Of a stretch of 64,000 nucleotides of DNA, positions 19,010 to 28,732 are shown piece after piece. Both the position numbers and the translations under genes were made by a program. Each line of letters begins with the position of its first letter. Positions within the stretch are counted from its first letter, which is position 1. Under the pieces are notes generated by a model. That model was given only the letters and a program-made list of their open reading frames with translations. It was not told the origin of the DNA and did no database searches. The stretch comes from Candidatus Borrarchaeum weybense (GTDB taxonomy: Archaea; Asgardarchaeota; Sifarchaeia; Borrarchaeales; Borrarchaeaceae), in the NCBI GenBank assembly GCA_019057385.1, contig JAHQJS010000006.1, positions 256,001 through 320,000 on the forward strand, written 5' to 3'.

Positions 19010-19639
19010 TCACTTTTTATGATGTTTCCCAAAAAAATTGATAGAAATGTCTTGAATGATCTCCTGTGATTTTTGTATAGACTGAGTTGTATCAATAACT
19101 GAGTATTCTTCTTCTTTCGCCCTTTCAAGGAAATTATCACGTACTTTGCTAAGAAACTCTCTATTTTCAAATGATTCTAGTTTTTCTCTTCTATTTAGGC
19201 GCGCCATAGCATCCTTTGGACTTATATCAAGGATAAAAGTAATGTCGGGCCAAACTATGCCTTTGTTAATAGCCTTGATCCACTCTCTTGTTAATTCTTG
19301 CGCGGATTGATATGCTAATGAAGATTCAATATATCGAGTTGTAATTACGATTTGTCCTTGTTTAAGGGCGGGCTCTATAACTTCCTTCACATGTTGTATT
19401 CTATCTGCAGCAAATAATAGTGCAAACATCTCAGGCTGCTTAATTTCGAACTTGTCTTGCAATGCTTCTTTTATTAAGCGGCCAACGGCACCCTTAGTAG
19501 GTTCTCTAGTAAGAATTACACTAAATCCTTGTTCAACCAAAAACTCATATAGAAGTCTACTATGAGTAGACGTTCCAGAACCGTCGATTCCTTCAAATGC
19601 GATCAGAAAACCTCTCTGATTTGATTGTGGGTTCGTCAT
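19010..19639 (-). CDS. tmk: Thymidylate (dTMP) kinase
   Basis: IAFEGIDGSGTST, TREP, LLFAADR, RYIESSLAYQ, PDITFILD. Confidence 0.93.
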   Translation of the reverse strand: MTNPQSNQRGFLIAFEGIDGSGTSTHSRLLYEFLVEQGFSVILTREPTKGAVGRLIKEALQDKFEIKQPEMFALLFAADRIQHVKEVIEPALKQGQIVITTRYIESSLAYQSAQELTREWIKAINKGIVWPDITFILDISPKDAMARLNRREKLESFENREFLSKVRDNFLERAKEEEYSVIDTTQSIQKSQEIIQDISINFFGKHHKK

Positions 19640-19679
19640 GTGTTCACCTATAAAAGAAATTATAAGATTTCAGAGAATA

Positions 19680-19935
19680 TGGTGCTCCGGCCGGGATTTT
19701 CAGGGTAGACAGACGTCAAGTCCCATTCGAACCCGGGTTTTGGGCGTGCTGTAATCAATGATATTTGATGAATACACGGTTCCCCCGATTGATCGGTTGA
19801 TCGAATGTCCAGGGGTTTCTCCCAATTCTGCACAGAGTACAAAGAAGAGTCGAGAGCCCCAGATGCTTTCGACTTAGAATTTGTTTATTTAGAACCGTTT
19901 ATGCCTTCTAAATGGCCGGACTACACCACCGGAGC
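19680..19935 (-). tRNA. tRNA-Glu(CTC) with encoded CCA, interrupted at four sites (probably five introns)
   Basis: Removing 19868-19912, 19817-19850, 19739-19808 and 19697-19725 gives GCTCCGGTGGTGTAGTCCGGCCAAGCATCTGGGGCTCTCGACCCCTGGACCCGGGTTCGAATCCCGGCCGGAGCACCA, a typical archaeal tRNA-Glu. Each junction forms a BHB or BHB-like motif. Confidence 0.9.
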
Positions 19936-20059
19936 ATATTTTATTTATTACTCATTTCTTGCCTAAGCAGTATAGTGCTAATTTACTCTTTCAGATGCTT
20001 TAAATAACTTATGTTTCCCAGAGAGTTGAGTGATTTCTCAAATATTATGCTTCCCTAAT

Positions 20060-20356
20060 CTACAAGTAAGCTGGTAGATAAAAAAGAACAAAGCTAATGA
20101 TCATTAGGATAATAGCAAGTACTATTGCAATTATGAGGAATTTCTTATCGGATCCAAAAATTATGGGAATTGGGCCAATAAGGACTACGCCTCCTCCGCC
20201 AACTTTAGTTTTCGTTTTCTTTCGCCTTTCTTCGTCGTCTTTTTCAGGTTCTTCTCTCTTTTCCTTGATAATGTTCCAAAAAACCTCAAGAAATATGAAG
20301 ATGCTGCCGATAATGATTAAAATTATTCCAAGAGGTATTAAAAAGTTCCACTGCAT
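20060..20356 (-). CDS. DUF131/TIGR00304-like membrane protein
   Basis: GGGGVVLIGPIPIIFGSD motif; two TM helices. Confidence 0.85.
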   Translation of the reverse strand: MQWNFLIPLGIILIIIGSIFIFLEVFWNIIKEKREEPEKDDEERRKKTKTKVGGGGVVLIGPIPIIFGSDKKFLIIAIVLAIILMIISFVLFYLPAYL

Positions 20357-20387
20357 AATTTCACCAAAGTATCAAGAAATCTCAATC

Positions 20388-20687
20388 TCATAATTCGTGA
20401 TTGCCACCATGTATTATAGGCAAAATTGTTATGATATCATTATTTGAAAGTTTAGTATGTTCATCTTCAAAAAGTGAAATGTCTGCATCGTTCAGTAATA
20501 TGAATAATGAGGGGTAAAGCTCTGAAAGAGACTGATTGAACTTTTCTTTGAATTGTTGGTCAAAATCATTTGAGAGTGAATCCAAAAGATCTTGTATTGT
20601 AGAATCATCTGGCAAATTTATCTGAAATGGGTTTCCCATGATCTCTTTTAGTGAACCCATTACCCTAATCCGTACATTGATTCCCAT
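20388..20687 (-). CDS. Ubiquitin-like Urm1/SAMP (MoaD/ThiS fold) protein with a 4-aa extension after GG
   Basis: ILLNDADI...LSNNDIITILPIIHGG followed by NHEL-stop. Confidence 0.85.
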   Translation of the reverse strand: MGINVRIRVMGSLKEIMGNPFQINLPDDSTIQDLLDSLSNDFDQQFKEKFNQSLSELYPSLFILLNDADISLFEDEHTKLSNNDIITILPIIHGGNHEL

Positions 20688-20964
20688 GGTTTCTCACTCT
20701 CATTGTCTATGAATTTAGTCTTAGAATTAAAACTTTTCGTCAGAAAAGCATTCTTTTAACATTTGCATGAGAGGCTCTTCACCTTATTTTCACCTTATTC
20801 TGGTTTCAAAGACACGTTCTTTTTAAAATGTTTAAGAAAAGTAAGTATATTCTCAAAAGAACGGAATATATCCCATAATTTTTTAAAAGGAGTCCATCAA
20901 AGTATATTTCAAATTTTAATTTTGTCGAATTAAGTTATGATTTCAAACAATGTGAGGGAAAATT

Positions 20965-21189
20965 ATGGCCGCAACCGATTTACCCTTGGCTCCTTTAGAA
21001 AGGTTAGTGCGTAGAGCAAAAGCAGATAGAGTAAGCATGACTGCTGCAGAAGCTTTGCGAGACGTTTTGAATGAAATTGGTCTTGAAATCAGTTCTCGTG
21101 CTGTAGAGCTTGCAACTCATGCAGGAAGAAAGACGGTTACAGGTGAGGACATTCGATTGGCATATAATCAATGGAAGAAACGCTGGTAA
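20965..21189 (+). CDS. Archaeal histone
   Basis: LPLAPLERLVR...RVS..A...HAGRKTVTGEDIRLA histone-fold signature. Confidence 0.96.
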   Translation: MAATDLPLAPLERLVRRAKADRVSMTAAEALRDVLNEIGLEISSRAVELATHAGRKTVTGEDIRLAYNQWKKRW

Positions 21190-21400
21190 ACCTGTAGAGT
21201 TAGTATGCCCATCAGAATCTCTTATCTTTTTTTCAATGTAGTGATCAAATTATTACTCAAAGATAATTTCGAAAAAGACTGTTGCTTTTTGGCTGGAATA
21301 ATTTGGAGGGCGAAATCCCTTTATATTATACTCTATTGAAAGGAATTAAATTCAATAAATTAACTTCTTGACTAACTACTTCGAAAACAAAGTGAGTTGA

Positions 21401-23371
21401 ATGCAAGTAGACATATATCAGCCCGTTACAGTTTTTTCCCTCTTTACATTTTCCTTGCTTTTTTACGTAGTGATGATCGCTATGGGAGGACTTGTTTTAT
21501 GGTTTTTTTCTCATTTTGAAAGCCGTATTCAGCGCTTTGATCTGATTGAAAAAATGGTACTTTGTGTAGCTATAAGTTCGACGTTTATACCTCTGATGGT
21601 CTTTGTTTTAACGCCTTTCTCTGGGTTCAATTATCTCACAACAATTTGCATTATGCTTTTTATTCTCGCAATAGCAGGATTCATTGCTTTAAAAAACAAA
21701 CACAAACTGAAGGAGTATATAGTTGAACTTAGGTCAATTCCTCCAATAATCGTAATTACTCTCGCAGTTTCGTTTGGTATTCGATTGTTTCCAACTCTAG
21801 GATTATATGTTTACCCCGGCAACGATGCAAAATTTCATACGCTTTACGCCTATTTAATTATCAGAAATCGAGGATACCCAGTCACATTCGCTCCATTTTA
21901 TCCAGTGGCAGTAACTTATAATTTAGGACTACATGCAGTAGCAGTCTTCTTTTTCTACCTTTTACCTTTTCCAATTGAACAAATCCTCATGTTACTTACA
22001 AATACCTACAATTTCTTATTTCCTATTTCTATGTACTCCTTAGGAAGCAAACTTTTTGATGATAAAAGAATTGCCGCAAATATGTGTTTCTTAAGCGGTG
22101 TGGTTACTCATGTCCCCATGATTTTTTTTAATTGGGGTGGAAATAGTTACATCTTCGGATTTTTCTTGATTCCTCTGTTTATTTCGGTTGCTGTACAAAT
22201 GATAAAAGAAAATAAATTCTCTCTAGTATTATCTATACTTTTAGTAATACTTACAGTTGGTCTCATTTACGCACATTATCTGCCATTCTTTATAGCGATC
22301 TGTGGGTTGGTTTCAGTAAATTTTTCACATTTTTTTAAAAGAAATGTTAAATCATTTCTGAACGCTCTTCTTTCTGTCTTTTTTGGCTTATTGATATCAT
22401 TTCCTCGAATATTGCTAAGTATTTCTGCTACTGAGGGCAGAGAAAGTTTTTTTATTGAAACAATGATTAAATGGTGGGCAAAGACACAAATTTTTGATCT
22501 CAGGTATTTTACATCACTTTCTGGGCTTGAAAAGGTCTTTGTAAGGTTGGTTATAAAAGATTTCGGTGGGAGTATTCCGCTTATAGCATTTATAGGATTA
22601 CTCTTCTTCTTATCAAGATTCAACAGAACCAATTCAAAAAATAATTCCATAATCAGTATATTCGTATGGAGTGCCATATTATTTCTTATTACAGCAAATG
22701 GACCGATAGGTCTTTATTTCTTAGAATTTCCATACTGGTACATATTTGATCCAACGTATATCAGACCTGGTTTAACTTTGCCTCTAGTATCAATGGCTGG
22801 ATTTGGATTCACTAATCTATCAAACTGGGCTGGTTCAATTGGAGATCTTAAATATTTCAAAAAACTTACTCCAACGCAAATATTTCAAAAGGTTTTTTTT
22901 GTATTTATTTTAATTGCCGTTACTATTGAGTCCCTTTTGCTTTTTAATTACATGGTGGGGAATTACGAGGACTCAGCAGTAACAACGGCAGACTATCAAG
23001 CCTTTATATGGATTCAAAACAATACCGATGAAAACGCAACATTTTTTGTTACATCAGCAGATGCTGGAGAATGGATTGTAGCTATCGCGCATCGAAGGAC
23101 TTATTCAATGGCTAAAAGTAACGGGGACAATTTGGTTTCTGAAGAATATGTAACAAAAGTTAATCAATTGAAGCAGCGATTAAAGGAAAACCCTGAGTCT
23201 GAAGAGACATTTTCACTTCTCAAATACTTCAGTATTGATTATATCTACATCGGAAAGAAAGCAATCTATGATTTCCAGCGATTAGATCCTAATTTATTCT
23301 TAGGCAGCAGAAATTATGAGCCAGTTTATTCTGATGGAGATATTTGGATTTTTAAAATCATTTATGGGTAA
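21401..23371 (+). CDS. Multi-pass membrane protein, putative GT-C glycosyltransferase
   Basis: About 14 TM helices; GNDAKFH, YNLGLH, WGG, AFIWIQNNT...DAGEWI, IDYIYIG. Confidence 0.65.
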   Translation: MQVDIYQPVTVFSLFTFSLLFYVVMIAMGGLVLWFFSHFESRIQRFDLIEKMVLCVAISSTFIPLMVFVLTPFSGFNYLTTICIMLFILAIAGFIALKNKHKLKEYIVELRSIPPIIVITLAVSFGIRLFPTLGLYVYPGNDAKFHTLYAYLIIRNRGYPVTFAPFYPVAVTYNLGLHAVAVFFFYLLPFPIEQILMLLTNTYNFLFPISMYSLGSKLFDDKRIAANMCFLSGVVTHVPMIFFNWGGNSYIFGFFLIPLFISVAVQMIKENKFSLVLSILLVILTVGLIYAHYLPFFIAICGLVSVNFSHFFKRNVKSFLNALLSVFFGLLISFPRILLSISATEGRESFFIETMIKWWAKTQIFDLRYFTSLSGLEKVFVRLVIKDFGGSIPLIAFIGLLFFLSRFNRTNSKNNSIISIFVWSAILFLITANGPIGLYFLEFPYWYIFDPTYIRPGLTLPLVSMAGFGFTNLSNWAGSIGDLKYFKKLTPTQIFQKVFFVFILIAVTIESLLLFNYMVGNYEDSAVTTADYQAFIWIQNNTDENATFFVTSADAGEWIVAIAHRRTYSMAKSNGDNLVSEEYVTKVNQLKQRLKENPESEETFSLLKYFSIDYIYIGKKAIYDFQRLDPNLFLGSRNYEPVYSDGDIWIFKIIYG

Positions 23372-23411
23372 AACCATATGAAATATTGATTGACGAAAAT
23401 ATCTCATAATA

Positions 23412-24149
23412 ATGATTCTTATGAATAAATTACATTCTAAAGAAAAATCCAAAATAAGAGTAGAAATCTGGGATTTGATGGAAAAACGTGGAATTGCCAG
23501 GTTTCCAAGACCTGTTTTTAATAGGATCCCCAATTTTGTTGGTTCTGAGGATGCTGCACAACGTCTTGTAGAAATAAAGGAATACAAAAATGCGCAAACA
23601 ATATTTTGTAATCCTGATTCCCCTCAAAGACCTGTTAGAGAACACATCTTAAGAGATGGGAAAATTCTGATAATGGCACCACCCCGATTAAAGGAAAAAG
23701 GGTTTTTAGTTTTAAGTAAAAAGACAGTTCGCACCGACAAGATCAGAAGGGCGTCTACAATAAAGGGTGCATTTCAATTTGGGAGTATTGTAAAGCCAAA
23801 TAAAATCGAAAAAATAGATCTAAAGATAGCGGGATCTGTAGCTGTTGATATAAAAGGTGGCCGTGTCGGAAAAGGCGGTGGGTATTCAGATTTAGAGTTT
23901 GGCATTTTGACAGCATATGATTTGATTGACAAAACTACGCGGGTGTTGACTACAGTCCATGAAGTGCAACTAGTTGAAAATATACCTATGACTGAGCATG
24001 ATGTTTCACTAGACATTGTTATAACACCAAATAGCGTTATTTATACAAACACTACCTATCAGAAACCTCAAGGAATATTGTGGGAGTTACTATCAGATTT
24101 AAGAATTAGTTCAATTCCAATGTTAGAAGAATTAAAAAGTCGATTATAA
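23412..24149 (+). CDS. 5-formyltetrahydrofolate cyclo-ligase family protein (archaeal/MTHFSD type)
   Basis: FPRPVFNRIPNFVG, NPDSPQRPVR, GSVAV...GRVGKGGGYSDLE, HDVSLD. Confidence 0.9.
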   Translation: MILMNKLHSKEKSKIRVEIWDLMEKRGIARFPRPVFNRIPNFVGSEDAAQRLVEIKEYKNAQTIFCNPDSPQRPVREHILRDGKILIMAPPRLKEKGFLVLSKKTVRTDKIRRASTIKGAFQFGSIVKPNKIEKIDLKIAGSVAVDIKGGRVGKGGGYSDLEFGILTAYDLIDKTTRVLTTVHEVQLVENIPMTEHDVSLDIVITPNSVIYTNTTYQKPQGILWELLSDLRISSIPMLEELKSRL

Positions 24150-24163
24150 CTGAGGTCTTCGTC

Positions 24164-26347
24164 TTGAGTGCAAAATTAGTTCCAGAGCTTCTTAAAATAA
24201 TGAAAACCAAAAAACAAATTCGGAATATTGGAATTATTGCACATATCGATCACGGAAAAACAACACTTGCAGATTCATTTCTGGCGAATTCAGGCTTATT
24301 ATCTCCGTCAATAGTTGGCAAAGCCCGTGCGCTGGATTATCTAGATGAAGAACAATTGAGAGGAATCACGATTAAGAGTGCAACAATATCCTTACTCCAT
24401 TCTAAAGATGAAAAAGAATTTGTTATCAATTTGGTAGACACGCCGGGACATGTAGACTTTTCTGGAAAAGTGAATCGTGCTCTTAGGGCTATTGATGGAG
24501 CAATTGTGGTTGTTGATGCAGTTGAAGAGGTAATGGTACAAACAGAGACCGTGACAAGACAGGCGCTACAGGAACGTGTAAAGCCTGTTTTGTTTATCAA
24601 CAAAGTTGATCGGCTGATTAATGAAATAAAATTAACTCCCGAAGAAATACAGGAGAAATTAAAGCGTATTGTCCAAGAGTTCAACACCTTAATTGAATTA
24701 TATGCGGAAGAAGAGTACAAGGACAACTGGAAGGTAAATGTTGCTAGTGGAACAGTAGTTTTTGGCTCTGCTCTCCATCGTTGGGCTCTTTCAAGTGCTA
24801 TTACTATGAAAAAAGGAGTAAAGTTCGCTCAAATTTTAGAAGGATACAAAGAAAACAAAATAGAGGAGTTAGCTGAAACGATACCTGTTCAAGAGGCAGT
24901 CTTAGATATGGTGATTGATCATTTACCGAATCCAAAGCAAGCACAATCTTATAGAATCCCACGTATATGGCAAGGTGATTTAACTAGCAACGCAGGCATA
25001 TCAATGCTTAACTGTGATGAGAACGGACCTTTAGTGATTTGTGTTCATAAAATTATACAAGATCCTCATGCAGGAAGAATCGCTACGGGAAGAATTTTTT
25101 CCGGTACAGTTCATGTAGGCGATCGTGTACATCCAATTTTGGCAAACGAAAACAATCGAATAACACAAGTAAGTATGTTTATGGGAGCGCAAAGAAAAAT
25201 TGTAGAAGAACTAAGGGCGGGTAACATTGTTGCACTTGCAGGAGTAGGGAATGTAAGAACTGGTGAAACAATTACAAATCAAGATTATATTGATCAGATT
25301 ACACCTTTTGAAGGCATCTCTTATGTTTCTGAACCTGTTATGACCGTAGCAATAGAACCCACACTGACTAGACAACTCCCGGACTTAGCAGAGATCATTG
25401 AAAGACTGGCGATTCAGGATCCTAATTTGGTTAGTACTGTTAATCAAGAAACAGGCGAGGTGCTTCTTTCAGGGATTGGAGAACTTCACCTTGAAATTGC
25501 TGTAAAAGATATCGAAAAAGAAGGCGTTAAGGTGATTACTTCAAAACCTCTCATAGTATATCGCGAAACAATATCCCAAAGCACTCCTGTCTTAGCAAAT
25601 AGTGATGAAAATGGATTCAATAGCATTCAATTGGTCGCAGAGCCCTTAGACGAAAAAAGTATTAGTTTAATAGCAGATAAGGAGATAACAGAAAAAACAG
25701 ATCAAAGAAGAATAATTAAAACCCTTATTGAGAAAGCCAAATGGCCTAAAAATGAGGCACGCTCAATACTCTATTTGGACAATTTTGCAAACATTTTAGT
25801 TAACGAAACCTCAAGAGTTCCTTTTTTTTCGGAAGCTAAGGATATTATCATTGCAAGTTTTAAACAAGCTATGCAAGCAGGCCCCTTAGCACAAGAGCAT
25901 ATACGGGGCGTCAAAGTAACGATTAAAGAGTTAGAACTTAGTTTAACCGCTGAACATCGTAGCCCTTCAAATATTGTCCCAATGATGACATATGCAATTT
26001 TTAATGTAATTTTAAAGGGTAATCCTGTCTTATTGGAGCCGCTTTACAAAATTCAGGTAAGAATTCCATCTGAATTCATCGGAAAGGTTACAAGTGTGCT
26101 GAACAGAAGAAGAGGTAAAATATCTGATAGTTCTCAAAAGGGTCATATTGTAACAATCACTGGCACAATTCCAGTAGCAACAACATTAAACCTAACAACT
26201 GAATTACGTGCTGAAACTTCCGGATATGCGTTTTTTCAAACAGTTTTCTTGAATCAGTGGAGTCCCTTAAGCCCGAAAGTTTCACAGGAAGTTATTCACG
26301 AGATACGTTCACGTAGAGGATTACGAGGTTTGCCCAATATTGATTAA
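24164..26347 (+). CDS. Elongation factor 2 paralog (aEF-2p-like)
   Basis: AHIDHGKTT, RGITI, DTPGHVDF, NKVD and GIGELHLE are present. The diphthamide loop reads LSLTAEHRSPSN rather than LHED..HRGPAQ, and the gene is not in an S12/S7 operon. Confidence 0.88.
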   Translation: MSAKLVPELLKIMKTKKQIRNIGIIAHIDHGKTTLADSFLANSGLLSPSIVGKARALDYLDEEQLRGITIKSATISLLHSKDEKEFVINLVDTPGHVDFSGKVNRALRAIDGAIVVVDAVEEVMVQTETVTRQALQERVKPVLFINKVDRLINEIKLTPEEIQEKLKRIVQEFNTLIELYAEEEYKDNWKVNVASGTVVFGSALHRWALSSAITMKKGVKFAQILEGYKENKIEELAETIPVQEAVLDMVIDHLPNPKQAQSYRIPRIWQGDLTSNAGISMLNCDENGPLVICVHKIIQDPHAGRIATGRIFSGTVHVGDRVHPILANENNRITQVSMFMGAQRKIVEELRAGNIVALAGVGNVRTGETITNQDYIDQITPFEGISYVSEPVMTVAIEPTLTRQLPDLAEIIERLAIQDPNLVSTVNQETGEVLLSGIGELHLEIAVKDIEKEGVKVITSKPLIVYRETISQSTPVLANSDENGFNSIQLVAEPLDEKSISLIADKEITEKTDQRRIIKTLIEKAKWPKNEARSILYLDNFANILVNETSRVPFFSEAKDIIIASFKQAMQAGPLAQEHIRGVKVTIKELELSLTAEHRSPSNIVPMMTYAIFNVILKGNPVLLEPLYKIQVRIPSEFIGKVTSVLNRRRGKISDSSQKGHIVTITGTIPVATTLNLTTELRAETSGYAFFQTVFLNQWSPLSPKVSQEVIHEIRSRRGLRGLPNID

Positions 26348-26399
26348 AAACAACTATTGACTTTTGGATTGAAATAATTCCGTAGGATCTAATTTTACC

Positions 26400-28127
26400 T
26401 CATTTATGAGCGAACCACACTACCAATTCAGATCCAATTTGATCCACACGTCCAAATCCTACTCTTTCAAATTGGATGATATCGCCTATTTTAAGGGTTC
26501 TTGTAGCAGGCTCACTAAATCCATTTCTTACGGATCCGTCTGACATCAACAATCTTGTTTTCACTAAATCTCTAGAGATAGGTAGCCAATGAATTATTTT
26601 CTTTTTCTTTTTCAATACAATTTCAACTTCCCGACTGTGAAAGACTGCTTGAAGACTATCAACTTTTTCGACTACGATGTTAAATAAATCCTTTAACCTG
26701 ACTAGTTCTTGTTCAATAAATCGTTGTGCATCAGTCTTAGCAACATAAAGATTTGCTTTATTTTTCACTACAAATACTTTGAGTTCTCTGTTTCCTCTTT
26801 CTGGAAATTCGGGATGCAGAGGTATCTGAGCTATTTTAGTTAATTGAGGTACTTTTTCAATTACTAGTTCAACAGGATCTTCCACAAAGAAGTACCGATT
26901 CGCAATAGGATCAATTAATTTCCTATTGAAAGAGTCCAATGTCTCCATGCCGATACGAATGTCCGTTTTGCTCAGACCGCTTGCAATAGCTAACTCTTTA
27001 AAAGCTTCTGGCTGGAACCCTCGGCGAAGAAATGCTCGAATCGTTGGCAAACGTATGTCATCCCACCCCGAAATTTTCCCTTCTTTTAGCCACTGTCGGA
27101 TTTGCCGCTTGTGGATCTTTCCCCAAGGATCTGGCAGGTAGACCATACCGAACTGCGTTGATTCTGGTGGTGTCCAACCGAATGATGCATAGATTTCAGC
27201 TTGAATGCTCGCATTATGCTGGTGCTCTTTAGCTCTGAAAACATGGCTTATGTTGGAATAGTGATCTTCAATAGTACACGCATAATTATATAGTGGATAA
27301 ACTCTATACTTAGTGCTAGTCCGTGGGTGTGGTGTATCAATTATTCTCAGAAGGGGTGGGTCGCGCAAAACAGGATTTTTGTGATCCATAAGTGTTTTTA
27401 ATCGAACAACAGCGTCTCCCTCAGCGAAGAAGCCGTCAAGCATTTTCGTCCATCTTTCGAGATTTTCACCTCTACTCAGCGATCTATGAGGACAATTTCG
27501 CCTTTCCATTTTGTACTTTTTAAACTCCTCTTGCGTACACGTATCTACATACGCCTTTCCATCTTTAATTAAGTCTGCTGCTTTTTCGAGATAAAGATCA
27601 AAATGATCAGATTCATATACAATCTCGTCCCATTGAATTTCAACTGCTTTTAAATCCTCTAAGATCCAGTTATAGAATTTTTGATCAACACGCTTGGGGT
27701 CAGTATCTTCAAATCGCAAAACAAACTTACCATCGTACATCTTAGCATAAAGATAACTAAGTGAAAGCGCTCTTAATAGATGGCTAATATGTAATGCACC
27801 ACTTGGTGCTGGAGCAAATCGTGTAGCTATTTGCTCATATTTATCAACATTAGGTAATGGCGGAAGTTTACCTTCCTCTTTTTTTTCTTCTTTAACTTCA
27901 AGGAGTTCTGGAAAGTCTCTCTCTACTTCTCTTATTTGATCGTCTAGTGAAAGATTGTTTATATCTGTAATTACGAACATGAAGACGTCCTCGATCTCCT
28001 TATGTTCTTTTGTCAATTCTGGGTGTTCTGAGAATAGAGTTGACATCGCGGGTCTGAGTTGTGCATGTCCCTCATGTTTTATTGCATTAAGGAGAATATA
28101 TTTTCTAGCTAGTTTCTGATAGTCCAT
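26400..28127 (-). CDS. gltX: Glutamyl-tRNA synthetase (archaeal type)
   Basis: TRFAPAPSGALHISH, LRFEDTDP, GWDDIRLPTI, QFERVGF. Confidence 0.93.
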   Translation of the reverse strand: MDYQKLARKYILLNAIKHEGHAQLRPAMSTLFSEHPELTKEHKEIEDVFMFVITDINNLSLDDQIREVERDFPELLEVKEEKKEEGKLPPLPNVDKYEQIATRFAPAPSGALHISHLLRALSLSYLYAKMYDGKFVLRFEDTDPKRVDQKFYNWILEDLKAVEIQWDEIVYESDHFDLYLEKAADLIKDGKAYVDTCTQEEFKKYKMERRNCPHRSLSRGENLERWTKMLDGFFAEGDAVVRLKTLMDHKNPVLRDPPLLRIIDTPHPRTSTKYRVYPLYNYACTIEDHYSNISHVFRAKEHQHNASIQAEIYASFGWTPPESTQFGMVYLPDPWGKIHKRQIRQWLKEGKISGWDDIRLPTIRAFLRRGFQPEAFKELAIASGLSKTDIRIGMETLDSFNRKLIDPIANRYFFVEDPVELVIEKVPQLTKIAQIPLHPEFPERGNRELKVFVVKNKANLYVAKTDAQRFIEQELVRLKDLFNIVVEKVDSLQAVFHSREVEIVLKKKKKIIHWLPISRDLVKTRLLMSDGSVRNGFSEPATRTLKIGDIIQFERVGFGRVDQIGSELVVWFAHK

Positions 28128-28382
28128 TATAATTCCTTCTAAAACTTGTTTATTTTTAGCGTAGTCTAATTGCAGTTTCTTGGGTGGCTACCAGTTGACG
28201 TTTTTGTTAACAAATGTATCGTTTTGTCGACATATATTTTATAGTGGAGACTGATGAGTTGAGTTCACAGCATACTGCTAACAGCAACGCTGCCTTTTTA
28301 TAACCGCTTCCTAGAGTAAATATGCCAGTAACTGAATGGCCTCACACACCATTCCCATCATCCTAGGGGAATGTTCACAACC

Positions 28383-28732
28383 ATGACCTCTCTGACGCAA
28401 GCCTATCCACTGAAACTCCTACAGGATACCATCTTACGCCACCAACTTGACTTGTTACTTGATTTGGCTAGCGATGTGGGGCAAAAGGGGAGAAGGTCAG
28501 CGATCCAAGAGCTCGTCAAATTATAAAAAGCGGTAGGTTCTTTTACTGTGGCGCGTGTAGTTATTTGGCAGACCGCTATTATATTGCCTCTCTTAACATC
28601 TATCGTGTGTATCAAGAACTGCAGAAAAAAACCTATAGTTTAAAACACTCAAGGCCTGTTCCCTATATGGCGCCAGGTAATCCGCTCAACCGTCCTAGCG
28701 GGGACTCCACTTCATTGATCGTGGGTGGATAG
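28383..28732 (+). pseudogene. tnpB: Internally deleted tnpB remnant (N-terminal stub joined out of frame to the Zn-ribbon/RuvC-III end)
   Basis: ATG at 28383 gives MTSLTQAYPLKLL. A second frame, 28472-28732, gives RCGAKG...FYCGACSYLADRYYIASLNI...RPVPY, the TnpB C-terminal pattern with the catalytic Asp replaced by Tyr. Confidence 0.7.

Noticed and set aside
19660-19842. 60-aa ORF on the minus strand
   Set aside because: It overlaps the intron-containing tRNA-Glu; spurious.
20778-20799. Tandem TTCACCTTATT repeat between the urm1-like and histone genes
   Set aside because: Only two copies with no further support; likely local slippage.
28252-28296. CTGATGA C-box-like motif upstream of the tnpB remnant
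   Set aside because: No properly spaced D'/D boxes or recognisable rRNA guide.
28403-28615. 70-aa minus-strand ORF
   Set aside because: Antisense to the tnpB remnant, with no recognisable motif.
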